The notes under the pieces are model-generated. The model made no database searches. It was not told the DNA's origin and was given only the letters and a program-made list of their open reading frames with translations. From a virus (Duplodnaviria > Caudoviricetes): a DNA stretch of 64,000 nt. The translations under genes were made by a program, and so were the position numbers. Below, in pieces: positions 20,985-29,984 of the stretch. Every line of letters starts with the position of its first letter. The first letter of the stretch is position 1. The stretch spans positions 11,101 to 75,100 of IMG/VR virus record IMGVR_UViG_3300023115_000018. One strand, written 5' to 3'.

Positions 20985-22181
20985 ATGGCCGTAGAATATC
21001 CATCCCTTGTAGATGTGTTGACAACAGACACTTTTGAAGAGTGGAGAGTCAAAACCAATAATTTGAAAGTCTATGCGGAAGCAGCGGCTGCAAATATTGG
21101 TAATCTTGCATTCTTAGAAACTGATGCACAATCTACAATCGTTGATGCAATCAACGAAGTAAACACTCATACAGATATCAATACTAGAAATATTGGTAAT
21201 ATGTCTAATCTTGACCCAGAAAATCGTGGGTGGAGAAGAGAGAATCTTGTAGACACCATTAATGCAGAAAATCAATGGTCTGTAGAATATACAGACGATG
21301 AAGTAGAAAAAGAAAGAAACGCACGAATTGCAGCAGATAATGCCTTACAGGCAGAATTAGATGTAACCCAAAATGCTGCTGGATTAAATGCTGACGGAAC
21401 ATATTCATTACTTTCTACGGCAACGTATGTTCCTTCTGCGACTAGTCTTAGACAGGGAATCAGTCTTTTAGATACCACTTTGAAAACTAAATCTGATTTA
21501 TTAGATAGATTAAATCTTACAGTTGGTGGTGGTGCTCTTACAGGACAGTTTGATTATGATGGTTTGGGTGTTAATTATCTTTCTACAGACAGTGATAATA
21601 ATGCAGTAGTAAAGACAAATCTTGTTGAATTGGATAGTGCAGTAAAAGTTAATGAGGACGATATCACTTCATTAGAATCTAGAGCAACCAGATTAGAAAC
21701 TGTACAAAACTTCTTGAAATACGCAGTGGGTACAAATAATGATGGTGTGTATGAGGAAGAGTTATTAAATAATTTTGCAACCCATGATACTGTAAGAGAA
21801 AACATAGGCGCTCTGGATTTCAACTTGAAATTTGTCAGTGATGAAGTTTTTGGAAGTCTTAAAGATAGAGTTGACAATATTATAACCGAATTAGAAACCA
21901 AAGAAGATAAGTTGGTTGTAAGAGGGACGGCCGGTGATGCAGACCCACTTGGTAATTTGTTGAGTGGAGTTGGCGATACCACTTCAATTGTTAATGCTAT
22001 TAATGCACTATATCTCCAAGTACTTCCATTGATTCAAGATCATAATGCGGGCGGATACGTTAAGAAAACTGGCGATACAATGTCTGGAACACTAAGAATT
22101 GAAGGTGCAGATCTCAAAGTTACTGGAAATCAGTCGTTAAAAATTGAATGTAGTGGTGACATTATTGCATTCCAAGTTTAA
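20985..22181 (+). CDS. Coiled-coil fibre / fibritin-like protein
   Basis: 'TTDTFEEWRVKTN', repeated 'IGNL..L.T...IVDAINE' segments, heptads and C-terminal 'YVKKTGDTMSGTL...GDIIAF'. Confidence 0.65.
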   Translation: MAVEYPSLVDVLTTDTFEEWRVKTNNLKVYAEAAAANIGNLAFLETDAQSTIVDAINEVNTHTDINTRNIGNMSNLDPENRGWRRENLVDTINAENQWSVEYTDDEVEKERNARIAADNALQAELDVTQNAAGLNADGTYSLLSTATYVPSATSLRQGISLLDTTLKTKSDLLDRLNLTVGGGALTGQFDYDGLGVNYLSTDSDNNAVVKTNLVELDSAVKVNEDDITSLESRATRLETVQNFLKYAVGTNNDGVYEEELLNNFATHDTVRENIGALDFNLKFVSDEVFGSLKDRVDNIITELETKEDKLVVRGTAGDADPLGNLLSGVGDTTSIVNAINALYLQVLPLIQDHNAGGYVKKTGDTMSGTLRIEGADLKVTGNQSLKIECSGDIIAFQV

Positions 22182-22209
22182 TTAATTAGTAAGAGAAGAG
22201 AATTCTAAC

Positions 22210-25200
22210 ATGGCAATACCAGCAGACGGCAGACTGAAAATGACGCACATTGTTGCGGAGTTTAAACCAGTAAATAACTCCGCACCCCATTCTCTGTCCG
22301 AATATTATAGAGGTGGTGGTAATGTTCCAGATAGATTTAATAATAGAAATATTCCTGTTGGGCCCAGAGGGCGTACAATAAAATATTCTGATTTCCGTGG
22401 AACATCTGATGCAACACTTCCTTATAATATTTTAATTCCTACCATATGTGTTGAAGACGCATGGAAATATATGCGCCTTAGAGATGGAACATTTATGACT
22501 AGGTGGGATCAGATTAATGATAATAATACCGTCTATTTCACAAGAAATGAAGAACTTGGTTCTGTAAGAATTGATACTCCACAAGATTGGGAATATGTTA
22601 AGTTAACTATTCCTGCAATGAGTTTCAAGATGGGAACTGAAGAAGGATTTGAGCAAGTTGGGTATGAACAACACTGGTCTAACAAAGTAGACAATCAACA
22701 AGTCTTTGAGGCTGGTGATTGGAAAATTAGAATTCCAAAAGGATACAGAAGACTTAGAATTTTAGCAACTGGTGCTGGTGGTTCTGGTTCTTCACAATAT
22801 ATTCCTGGCCAACCTACTGTAGAAGATTATGTTCGTGAAGGATTGGTAGGTACGGAAGACCAAGGATTTGATGGCGAAGACACAACTATTACAATGCCAA
22901 ATAATCAGAAGATTAAAATTTTTGGTGGTATTGGTGGTAAACTTTCAAATGCAACAGGAGAGTCTACAACAAGAAGTGGCGAGACTACTGATACACTTCA
23001 AACAGAGACTGGAACAGTAACACTTGCAAGTGGTTTTTCAGAAACTGATTATGCCGAAGGTAAGTACAATGGTTCATATATTTTAGAAATTAATAACTCA
23101 AACTACCAATTTTATTGGCAAAACCAACTTCTTGCAACATCAAATGATATTTCAGAAGATGTTAGAGATAGTTCTGGTTGGTTGTATACTTCAACTTCTG
23201 AAGTTATTGATGAAGATCCTCAAGGTACATTAAAGTGGTATAAGATATCTAGAGTTAAAAGTTTAGAAGTCTCTGCAGAAGTTACGGATAGAATATACAA
23301 TAGTATGTTGGAAAGAAACGCTAATGCAACAGAGAAATCTAGACATGTAAACTCAGATACTGTGGTGGATGTCATTCGTTATATACAGGGAACAAGAACT
23401 GGATTTGTTGATGTTATCGCTGCAAACCCAGACTTTGGCCCGAATACATTTGGAACGCCAGACGGATTTAGATATTTACTTGCTCAAGCAAGTAGTTTGT
23501 CTACAAGTACAACAACGAATATTCCAAACTATTCTGGCACCGATACTGGTACTATTAATACCAGTGGTAATCTCTATCAACACAAAGTTTATGCAGAAAA
23601 TGGTACAACTGCCAATAATAATCAAACAACAACTACAACTATATCAAATGTGGTTGATAATTTACTTTTGACTTTTGAACATCTTGGTGATACCACTTAT
23701 GCATACAATGCGAGTTTTATTTTCCCAATTAGAACTGTCCGAGGCACAATCTCTAGTGGATTTCCTGCACTGGGAGAATATGTATTTACAGATACCGATG
23801 GCCAGAATTACTACAGAGGCGGAAGAATTGGCACAACTGATGAATCCACCGAGGTAACGTTTACCGCCTGGACTGCACCTACACAAACCACTGAAGTAAC
23901 ATCTACTACCGCAAATACTCCTATTGCAGCAAATTCTGCCGCAACAGATTCTGAGTTTATTGTTTCAAGTAGTGGTAATTTTTATTATGAATATAATGCA
24001 TACTTACAAAATACTACGCAGAGTGTTCGCCCAGAATTAGAAATTTATGTGAACGGTGTTCGTCAAGTTAATTATACTGGATCAAGTGCTCCCACTCTAA
24101 CAGGAAATCAAGGAGAAATTAGACTTGCTTCTGGTAGATTGAATATTACAAATCCAGACTCTACAGTTAGAGTTGTTACTGATTTAAAAACAGTAACAAC
24201 ATCTACAATTTCACCAGAAATTGATGGGGGTGGATTTAGCACTTTAGCTCGAAGCGGAACACACGATTTACCACTTGGTGCAACTGGCCTGCCCGCTGGG
24301 AAGGGCATCTTTATTTGGGGCCATAATTTTTATAAGTCTGCGAAACTATACACTGATACTAATGGAAATGTCAGTGTTACTCACGGATCATCTTCTGATC
24401 CTGAAAAATGGTTCTTTATGACAACAGAAGAAGATGCAGGACAATTTACAACTGCGGCTAGATCCGATACAACTCGAATATTTGTAGGTGTCCACAACGC
24501 TGGAAAATCAGTATATGTTTGGGGTTTTAATATTTTCCGATCATATACCTTTAGTGTCGATAATGATGGTTACTTTTCTTTCATGCATCCATCATCAAGT
24601 GATAATGAAATGTGGTATTATGCGATTGGTAAAAGAGGCGCAAACTTTACAACCCCAGATGAGTCTGGAACTTATACATTAAATCTTGGCCCTGATTACG
24701 CTGGAATGGAAGTTCTACTTTGGACAAAAAACTTCTGGGGGATAAACGGACGTAATACGCCTACCGCTACTAGTCCTGCCCCAAGACATCTTGTTTTTGA
24801 CTCTGAGGGTAAGGTTGAATTGTCCCATTGGTCATCTTCAGATGATGAACAGTGGTACTGGTGTGTTACAGATGGTGGTGCTGTGTCTCAACCAACAGGT
24901 GTTGGTGGAATTTCAATGAATAGTTTCACACTAGAAACTTCACTGGACACAGATACAATCGATAAAATTTATCAAAAATATGTTGGAAGAAACTCTAATA
25001 TAATTGACAGAGACCTTTTCCGTCAACAAAATTATACAGTATTCGAAGGAATCAATTATGTTGTTGGTACTGCCGAATACGCCGCACAATTTGGATCTAC
25101 AGTTACGGAACCACCTGTCGTAATACCTGGCCAGGGAACTATACCCAGAAAGAGTGAACTGATTAGTGTTACTGGTGGGGTTGCGACAAATAGAACTTAC

Positions 25201-27831
25201 GCACTATCTACTTTACCAACAAACTCTTTGAAATACACAAGAGATAATTTACAAAGTACTCCATTATCATATTATGCAGACCTTCCATCAAGTGGTGCAA
25301 ATATTGTAAGTGCATTGGTTGAAAAATTCCCAATTAATACTTACTGGTTCGAATCATCAGGATTAGGAGAATTGCATTTCTTTAATAATGATGGTGGAGA
25401 CGGCGGTTCTTCGTGGCATGGTTCTGGTACAAGAGTTGCACCTGAGTTTCCAACAAATGGAAGTCCATCAGAACCAAATCCAGTATATGGATCTGGTGGT
25501 GCAGCTGGCCAACATGGTATGAGATATTATAGTAGTACATCGAAAAGTGCTACTATTGGTGGACAGGCAGCTGCAAGTGGATTCTTTGGTGACTTTATGG
25601 TATCGCCCGGCGATATTGTTGATATTAAAGTCGGTAGAGGCGGACAATCAAATCAGACCTCATACTTAGATTTGGTGCCTGGCAGTCAAACTCAAGAAGG
25701 TACATATGAATCTAACTCAGGAGATGGTGGAGATGGTGTAGTTGTTGTATTTGGTTCTAAAGGAAATGACTACACAAAAATCTCGAAGCCTGGCATAGCA
25801 CTGATTGATGATAGGGGTGCAGTTGTTATGTACTCTGTTGCGAATGTATCTTGTGAAGGAAACCAAGAGTTAACTGGTTCAATTTCTTCAAAAGAAATAC
25901 TTTTATTCGGACAAGGAAAACAGTATTACTTGGTGCATACTTTCCAATTGCAGAAAAACGGAACACAAAAATACCGTGTATATTTATGTCAAAATGGAGA
26001 ACATTACGCAAAAGTAGAAAGAAGTGGCACTGCGCCTGGCCCATTCTTTAGTCCCCAACCACCAGCTGGATATCTTCCATCCGTACAAATAACTACAGAT
26101 CCAGTACAGGCGCCAGATGAATATGTTGTCACTGGTGCAAAGAGAAGTGACATTGATAATGATATTCAAAGTCCAGACCCATGGCCGATTAGAAAATGTA
26201 CGGTTACATTTGAAACTACTCGACAAGCTAGTTATGAAAACACAATGACATTTACTAATATTGGTAGTGGTGGTATTGGCCCGTCATCAATCGTATTTGG
26301 CACTAATGCTAGTACACAGACATTTACATTGAGTGAAGATGATGTCTATGTTTTACGTTCCTCTGGATTGCAAAGTAACAGAGCATCATCAATGACAACA
26401 AGAGTGATTGATGATGGAAGGTCACACCAAACCACAACTGGTGGTTCAACTTCTGACGGACGGCCGACAGGTACTCTTAAAAATAAACAATTTCCAGATT
26501 ATTTACATTCTGGTAACTGTGATGAACCCCCTACAGGTGGTACATCTGTTTTTGCCGTGCTAAGACAGGAAGGTCAACGCACTATGTATTATATTAAATG
26601 GGGAACAGATGTGATTAAAGGTGATGGTGTTAGTTTTGGAACTGTCGCCAACAGCGATAATACTCTTTCTTCATATGGATTTGTTTCCGCTATCGAAAAT
26701 AACCCCTACAGTAACTATTCATGGGATATAAATTGGGAAGGATCGTGGTCTTTTGACAACGACAGTAGAAGTACAGAAAGTATAGATTATAATGGATGGC
26801 GCTATCATAGGGATCCAAGCAATCGCATTGCCACTTGTACTAAGACTGCTGGGGGTAATACCATAACATATGAAATATGGGGAATATTCAGAAAAGAACT
26901 GCCGGGTGGGGCCTCGACAACTGAAAACAACAATAATAGTTGGACTACACTTGAAATGGATGACGGTGTTGATAGTGATTATACTGATTTGAGAGTTACG
27001 CCTTCGCCTATGGGTAACTTCTATGTAGAGGGTGGACTAACTCATTTCTCATGTTTCTCTTTGGGGGGAACTGGTACTGGAACAACTTGGACTCGCCCAC
27101 CGCCTGCAGACACAGGTGGTGGCGATAGCGGCGGCTCTTCTGGAGGAAGCACGGCACCCATAACAGTAGTTACAGATGGAAACGGAAATCCTGTTACAGA
27201 TGGAAACGGAAATCCAGTATATTCTGGTGGTGGTGGATGGGATGATAATAATAATGAACCGACATTTTCATCTCACTATGAACCATCAACTGGAACTGTA
27301 ACATATTTTGATAGTCCTATGACACATGATGAAATTCAATCCCTAAGGGCGGATCAGCCAGATGGTGTGTTCTCTACTGGAACAGGACAGACAGGGACAA
27401 TGATTGGCCCAACTAGAGATGACAACATTAGTGATTCTGGTGGTAGTGGTACTTCTGGACAGTCTGATAAGATTGTTTGTACTGAAATGTATAGACAAAC
27501 ACAACTAGATGATTGGAAAATTGCAATGAAGATTTGGGGATTGCATACAAAGACTCATTTGACTCAGTATCATCAAAGAGGTTATCATTTCTTATTCATG
27601 CCTTGGGTTAAAGGAATGAGAAAGAGTACCACCTTAACTAAGTCTGGTGGATGGTTGGCGCAAAGAAGAACACAACACTTAAAGTATATTTTAAGTAGAG
27701 ATGGTTATGCAGGACATTTAGGTATTGGTGAAAAAGAAAAAGACGATATTGTAGGAAGAATTTGGTGTACTGTGTGGCATCCAATTACTTTTGTAACTGG
27801 AAAAATTCTTTCAATATTTAGAGATAAATAG
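22210..27831 (+). CDS. Large mosaic tail fibre / adhesin-like virion protein (1873 aa)
   Basis: N-terminal 'SLSEYYRGG..VP....IP..G..IKYSDFRG' fibre-attachment motif, a split glycine-rich domain, internal HxSSSDxExW repeats and a C-terminal KIVCT domain. Confidence 0.65.
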   Translation: MAIPADGRLKMTHIVAEFKPVNNSAPHSLSEYYRGGGNVPDRFNNRNIPVGPRGRTIKYSDFRGTSDATLPYNILIPTICVEDAWKYMRLRDGTFMTRWDQINDNNTVYFTRNEELGSVRIDTPQDWEYVKLTIPAMSFKMGTEEGFEQVGYEQHWSNKVDNQQVFEAGDWKIRIPKGYRRLRILATGAGGSGSSQYIPGQPTVEDYVREGLVGTEDQGFDGEDTTITMPNNQKIKIFGGIGGKLSNATGESTTRSGETTDTLQTETGTVTLASGFSETDYAEGKYNGSYILEINNSNYQFYWQNQLLATSNDISEDVRDSSGWLYTSTSEVIDEDPQGTLKWYKISRVKSLEVSAEVTDRIYNSMLERNANATEKSRHVNSDTVVDVIRYIQGTRTGFVDVIAANPDFGPNTFGTPDGFRYLLAQASSLSTSTTTNIPNYSGTDTGTINTSGNLYQHKVYAENGTTANNNQTTTTTISNVVDNLLLTFEHLGDTTYAYNASFIFPIRTVRGTISSGFPALGEYVFTDTDGQNYYRGGRIGTTDESTEVTFTAWTAPTQTTEVTSTTANTPIAANSAATDSEFIVSSSGNFYYEYNAYLQNTTQSVRPELEIYVNGVRQVNYTGSSAPTLTGNQGEIRLASGRLNITNPDSTVRVVTDLKTVTTSTISPEIDGGGFSTLARSGTHDLPLGATGLPAGKGIFIWGHNFYKSAKLYTDTNGNVSVTHGSSSDPEKWFFMTTEEDAGQFTTAARSDTTRIFVGVHNAGKSVYVWGFNIFRSYTFSVDNDGYFSFMHPSSSDNEMWYYAIGKRGANFTTPDESGTYTLNLGPDYAGMEVLLWTKNFWGINGRNTPTATSPAPRHLVFDSEGKVELSHWSSSDDEQWYWCVTDGGAVSQPTGVGGISMNSFTLETSLDTDTIDKIYQKYVGRNSNIIDRDLFRQQNYTVFEGINYVVGTAEYAAQFGSTVTEPPVVIPGQGTIPRKSELISVTGGVATNRTYALSTLPTNSLKYTRDNLQSTPLSYYADLPSSGANIVSALVEKFPINTYWFESSGLGELHFFNNDGGDGGSSWHGSGTRVAPEFPTNGSPSEPNPVYGSGGAAGQHGMRYYSSTSKSATIGGQAAASGFFGDFMVSPGDIVDIKVGRGGQSNQTSYLDLVPGSQTQEGTYESNSGDGGDGVVVVFGSKGNDYTKISKPGIALIDDRGAVVMYSVANVSCEGNQELTGSISSKEILLFGQGKQYYLVHTFQLQKNGTQKYRVYLCQNGEHYAKVERSGTAPGPFFSPQPPAGYLPSVQITTDPVQAPDEYVVTGAKRSDIDNDIQSPDPWPIRKCTVTFETTRQASYENTMTFTNIGSGGIGPSSIVFGTNASTQTFTLSEDDVYVLRSSGLQSNRASSMTTRVIDDGRSHQTTTGGSTSDGRPTGTLKNKQFPDYLHSGNCDEPPTGGTSVFAVLRQEGQRTMYYIKWGTDVIKGDGVSFGTVANSDNTLSSYGFVSAIENNPYSNYSWDINWEGSWSFDNDSRSTESIDYNGWRYHRDPSNRIATCTKTAGGNTITYEIWGIFRKELPGGASTTENNNNSWTTLEMDDGVDSDYTDLRVTPSPMGNFYVEGGLTHFSCFSLGGTGTGTTWTRPPPADTGGGDSGGSSGGSTAPITVVTDGNGNPVTDGNGNPVYSGGGGWDDNNNEPTFSSHYEPSTGTVTYFDSPMTHDEIQSLRADQPDGVFSTGTGQTGTMIGPTRDDNISDSGGSGTSGQSDKIVCTEMYRQTQLDDWKIAMKIWGLHTKTHLTQYHQRGYHFLFMPWVKGMRKSTTLTKSGGWLAQRRTQHLKYILSRDGYAGHLGIGEKEKDDIVGRIWCTVWHPITFVTGKILSIFRDK
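27169..27215 (+). repeat. 24-bp tandem duplication (VTDGNGNP x2)
   Basis: gttacagatggaaacggaaatcc at 27169 and at 27193. Confidence 0.85.
27823..27830 (+). promoter_or_regulatory. Late promoter variant GATAAATA
   Basis: One mismatch to TATAAATA, about 30 nt upstream of ATG 27860, overlapping the end of the previous gene. Confidence 0.5.
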
Positions 27832-27859
27832 TTGATAAAGTAATGAGAGAAAAAAATTA

Positions 27860-29911
27860 ATGGCACAGAGAAATATAGACCCAAACTACTTTCCCAATTT
27901 TGGAATATCTCGTCAAAGAAATTCGTTTACTTCTGTAATCGGCAACGGCGGCGTAAATAGTAATGATGGTAGTATTAGTGGTGGATTTATGGGCGTTCTT
28001 GCTGAAGATTTGGCGAGAGAGTGGCCATTATTCGCTGGTGAACCAATCGCCGGAAATGAATTAATTGATGAGACTCAGACTCTGGTTACAACTCAGGTAA
28101 CAAAACAATTTTTTAGTCAGATATCATTAAACCGCCCATCTTCTGCAAATGGTGGTGGTAGTGGTGTATACGCTGGTGTTGCAAACTTCAGTGAGGTTGG
28201 TGATGGAACCAATCCAGAGCAACATGTTATGATTTTTCAGACTACAAATCAAATTCTGCCTAAGTCTGGTGCAGTTGCGAGAGGTATTGATCAAAATTAT
28301 AGAATAAGATTTGAATTTGATCTTCGCCCACGTTTAATGGGTGCTGGTGTCGGTACAACTGGTGATAGAGAATTTAACAGTGAATTATATCAATTAAATC
28401 TTAGAATGGCATCACAAGGAAGACAACAATACAAAGAAGGAAATACCGTACTAGAGGCAGAGTATCAACCAGAATATCATCCAGGCTACAGTTATAATGG
28501 AATTTTAAATAGTGGTTGGGAAAGTACAGTCGGTATTCCAAATCCCATGTATGGATGGTTTAAGGTAAATGTAGGAACATCAAATCAAATTAGTACAGAT
28601 GGCACGATTTCAAATCCACAACTTACAACTGATGGATTAATTACATTGGAAAATGGTTCGACTGTTGATACTTCTATTATAAGAATGCCAGGAGAACTGG
28701 TAGACTTGCATTTTGATGATGTAACTATTACTGCAGATGTTGCGAATACAGGGCCATATTTTGTCTTTGGACAAAACACTGATACTGGTAACTATGGTAT
28801 TAATCAAGGATATTACTATCCAGTATACTTAGATAAGGCTGCAGCAGATCAGGCAGACATTGACGCTGGCGGAACAGGTTCTTCTACAGTTCATACTTTT
28901 ACAGAGTACCCACTTGCAACCTTCTACATACCAGATACAGGTTCTTCATTTAATCAGGCAGCCGCACCTTCTGGAACAGATTATAAGAAATATGTTAATA
29001 ACAGGTCGATTAGATTTAGAAATAAAAGAAAAGGTTATGGTTGGTTTAAAAGATTTCCAAAGATGAATGCAGAACTGCAGGGAACATATCCATTTTCATA
29101 TAGACTTACTATGACGGAAAAAGGTATCGTTCTTTACATGTATGATGATGCAGCTGCAGATCAGGCAGATGACTATTCATGGTTCTGTATTCAAAGAACA
29201 TCAAGTAATGAATCGGGACTTCCAAGAACTGACGAAGCGTCAAAATTTCCTGTTCATTGTATGTACTCTTGTTCTAGAGAAAGTTTTTATTCTTCTGATG
29301 CCGGAATTTACTTTTCTAATCAAGCAGCAAACCTACAGACTGCAGAAGATTTGGTTGATACAGTATTTGATGAAGCGGGAAATATATACAATTTATCAAA
29401 CATGGACAATTCAAAAACATTCTATATATTGAGTCCATACGATAGAGAAGACTATCTTGCGGATGAATGGCAAGCAAAAAATATTTGGAGATTTGTTGTA
29501 AGAGAATTTGATGTATTAAAACCAACTGATGTGCATAAATTTGCAACAAAACATCAGACAGATAGTAATGCAGTTATTAATCCATTAGAACAATTGGCCA
29601 TTACAGATGAAAATAGATTTATTATCACTTTCCCAACTGGACTTACGACACAAAGATATATGTATCCTAAAGAAGAGATGGATATGATTTGTTTTTCTTC
29701 TGCAGAAGTAGTAGCAGAATCTAGTAATGTACCAATGACAACATATCTATACAATGGTACTAATGTAGATAAAAGAAGATACCAAGGAATGCGTTCAACC
29801 ATGGCGTTTGGAAATGGAATGAGATTACTAGTCTTAGTAAATGGACAATACATCTTTAATAGTGATATCAATCTTGACACATATGACCCTGTAGGAACAC
29901 CAGCAGTATGA
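27860..29911 (+). CDS. Virion structural protein, paralog family member 1 (683 aa)
   Basis: Shares core motifs (YRIRF, KVNVGT, PGEL, YPFSYRLT, DQADDYSW, PVHC.YS, RFVVREFDVLKP, INPLEQL, GNGMR) with ORFs 29985, 34294 and 50701. Confidence 0.75.
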   Translation: MAQRNIDPNYFPNFGISRQRNSFTSVIGNGGVNSNDGSISGGFMGVLAEDLAREWPLFAGEPIAGNELIDETQTLVTTQVTKQFFSQISLNRPSSANGGGSGVYAGVANFSEVGDGTNPEQHVMIFQTTNQILPKSGAVARGIDQNYRIRFEFDLRPRLMGAGVGTTGDREFNSELYQLNLRMASQGRQQYKEGNTVLEAEYQPEYHPGYSYNGILNSGWESTVGIPNPMYGWFKVNVGTSNQISTDGTISNPQLTTDGLITLENGSTVDTSIIRMPGELVDLHFDDVTITADVANTGPYFVFGQNTDTGNYGINQGYYYPVYLDKAAADQADIDAGGTGSSTVHTFTEYPLATFYIPDTGSSFNQAAAPSGTDYKKYVNNRSIRFRNKRKGYGWFKRFPKMNAELQGTYPFSYRLTMTEKGIVLYMYDDAAADQADDYSWFCIQRTSSNESGLPRTDEASKFPVHCMYSCSRESFYSSDAGIYFSNQAANLQTAEDLVDTVFDEAGNIYNLSNMDNSKTFYILSPYDREDYLADEWQAKNIWRFVVREFDVLKPTDVHKFATKHQTDSNAVINPLEQLAITDENRFIITFPTGLTTQRYMYPKEEMDMICFSSAEVVAESSNVPMTTYLYNGTNVDKRRYQGMRSTMAFGNGMRLLVLVNGQYIFNSDINLDTYDPVGTPAV

Positions 29912-29950
29912 AGATAGTTTGAGAATTTACTAAAACAACAAAAAAATTTT

Positions 29951-29958
29951 TATAAATA
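29951..29958 (+). promoter_or_regulatory. T4-type late promoter TATAAATA
   Basis: Exact consensus upstream of the AGGAG RBS and ATG 29985. Confidence 0.82.
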
Positions 29959-29984
29959 TAAAGAAAAATACAAAGGAGATATGA

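Noticed and set aside
22945-25390. Large inserts here and in the paralog family as possible inteins or introns
   Set aside because: No C/S...HN-C/S/T splice junctions or LAGLIDADG/HNH motifs were seen, and the reading frames are continuous.
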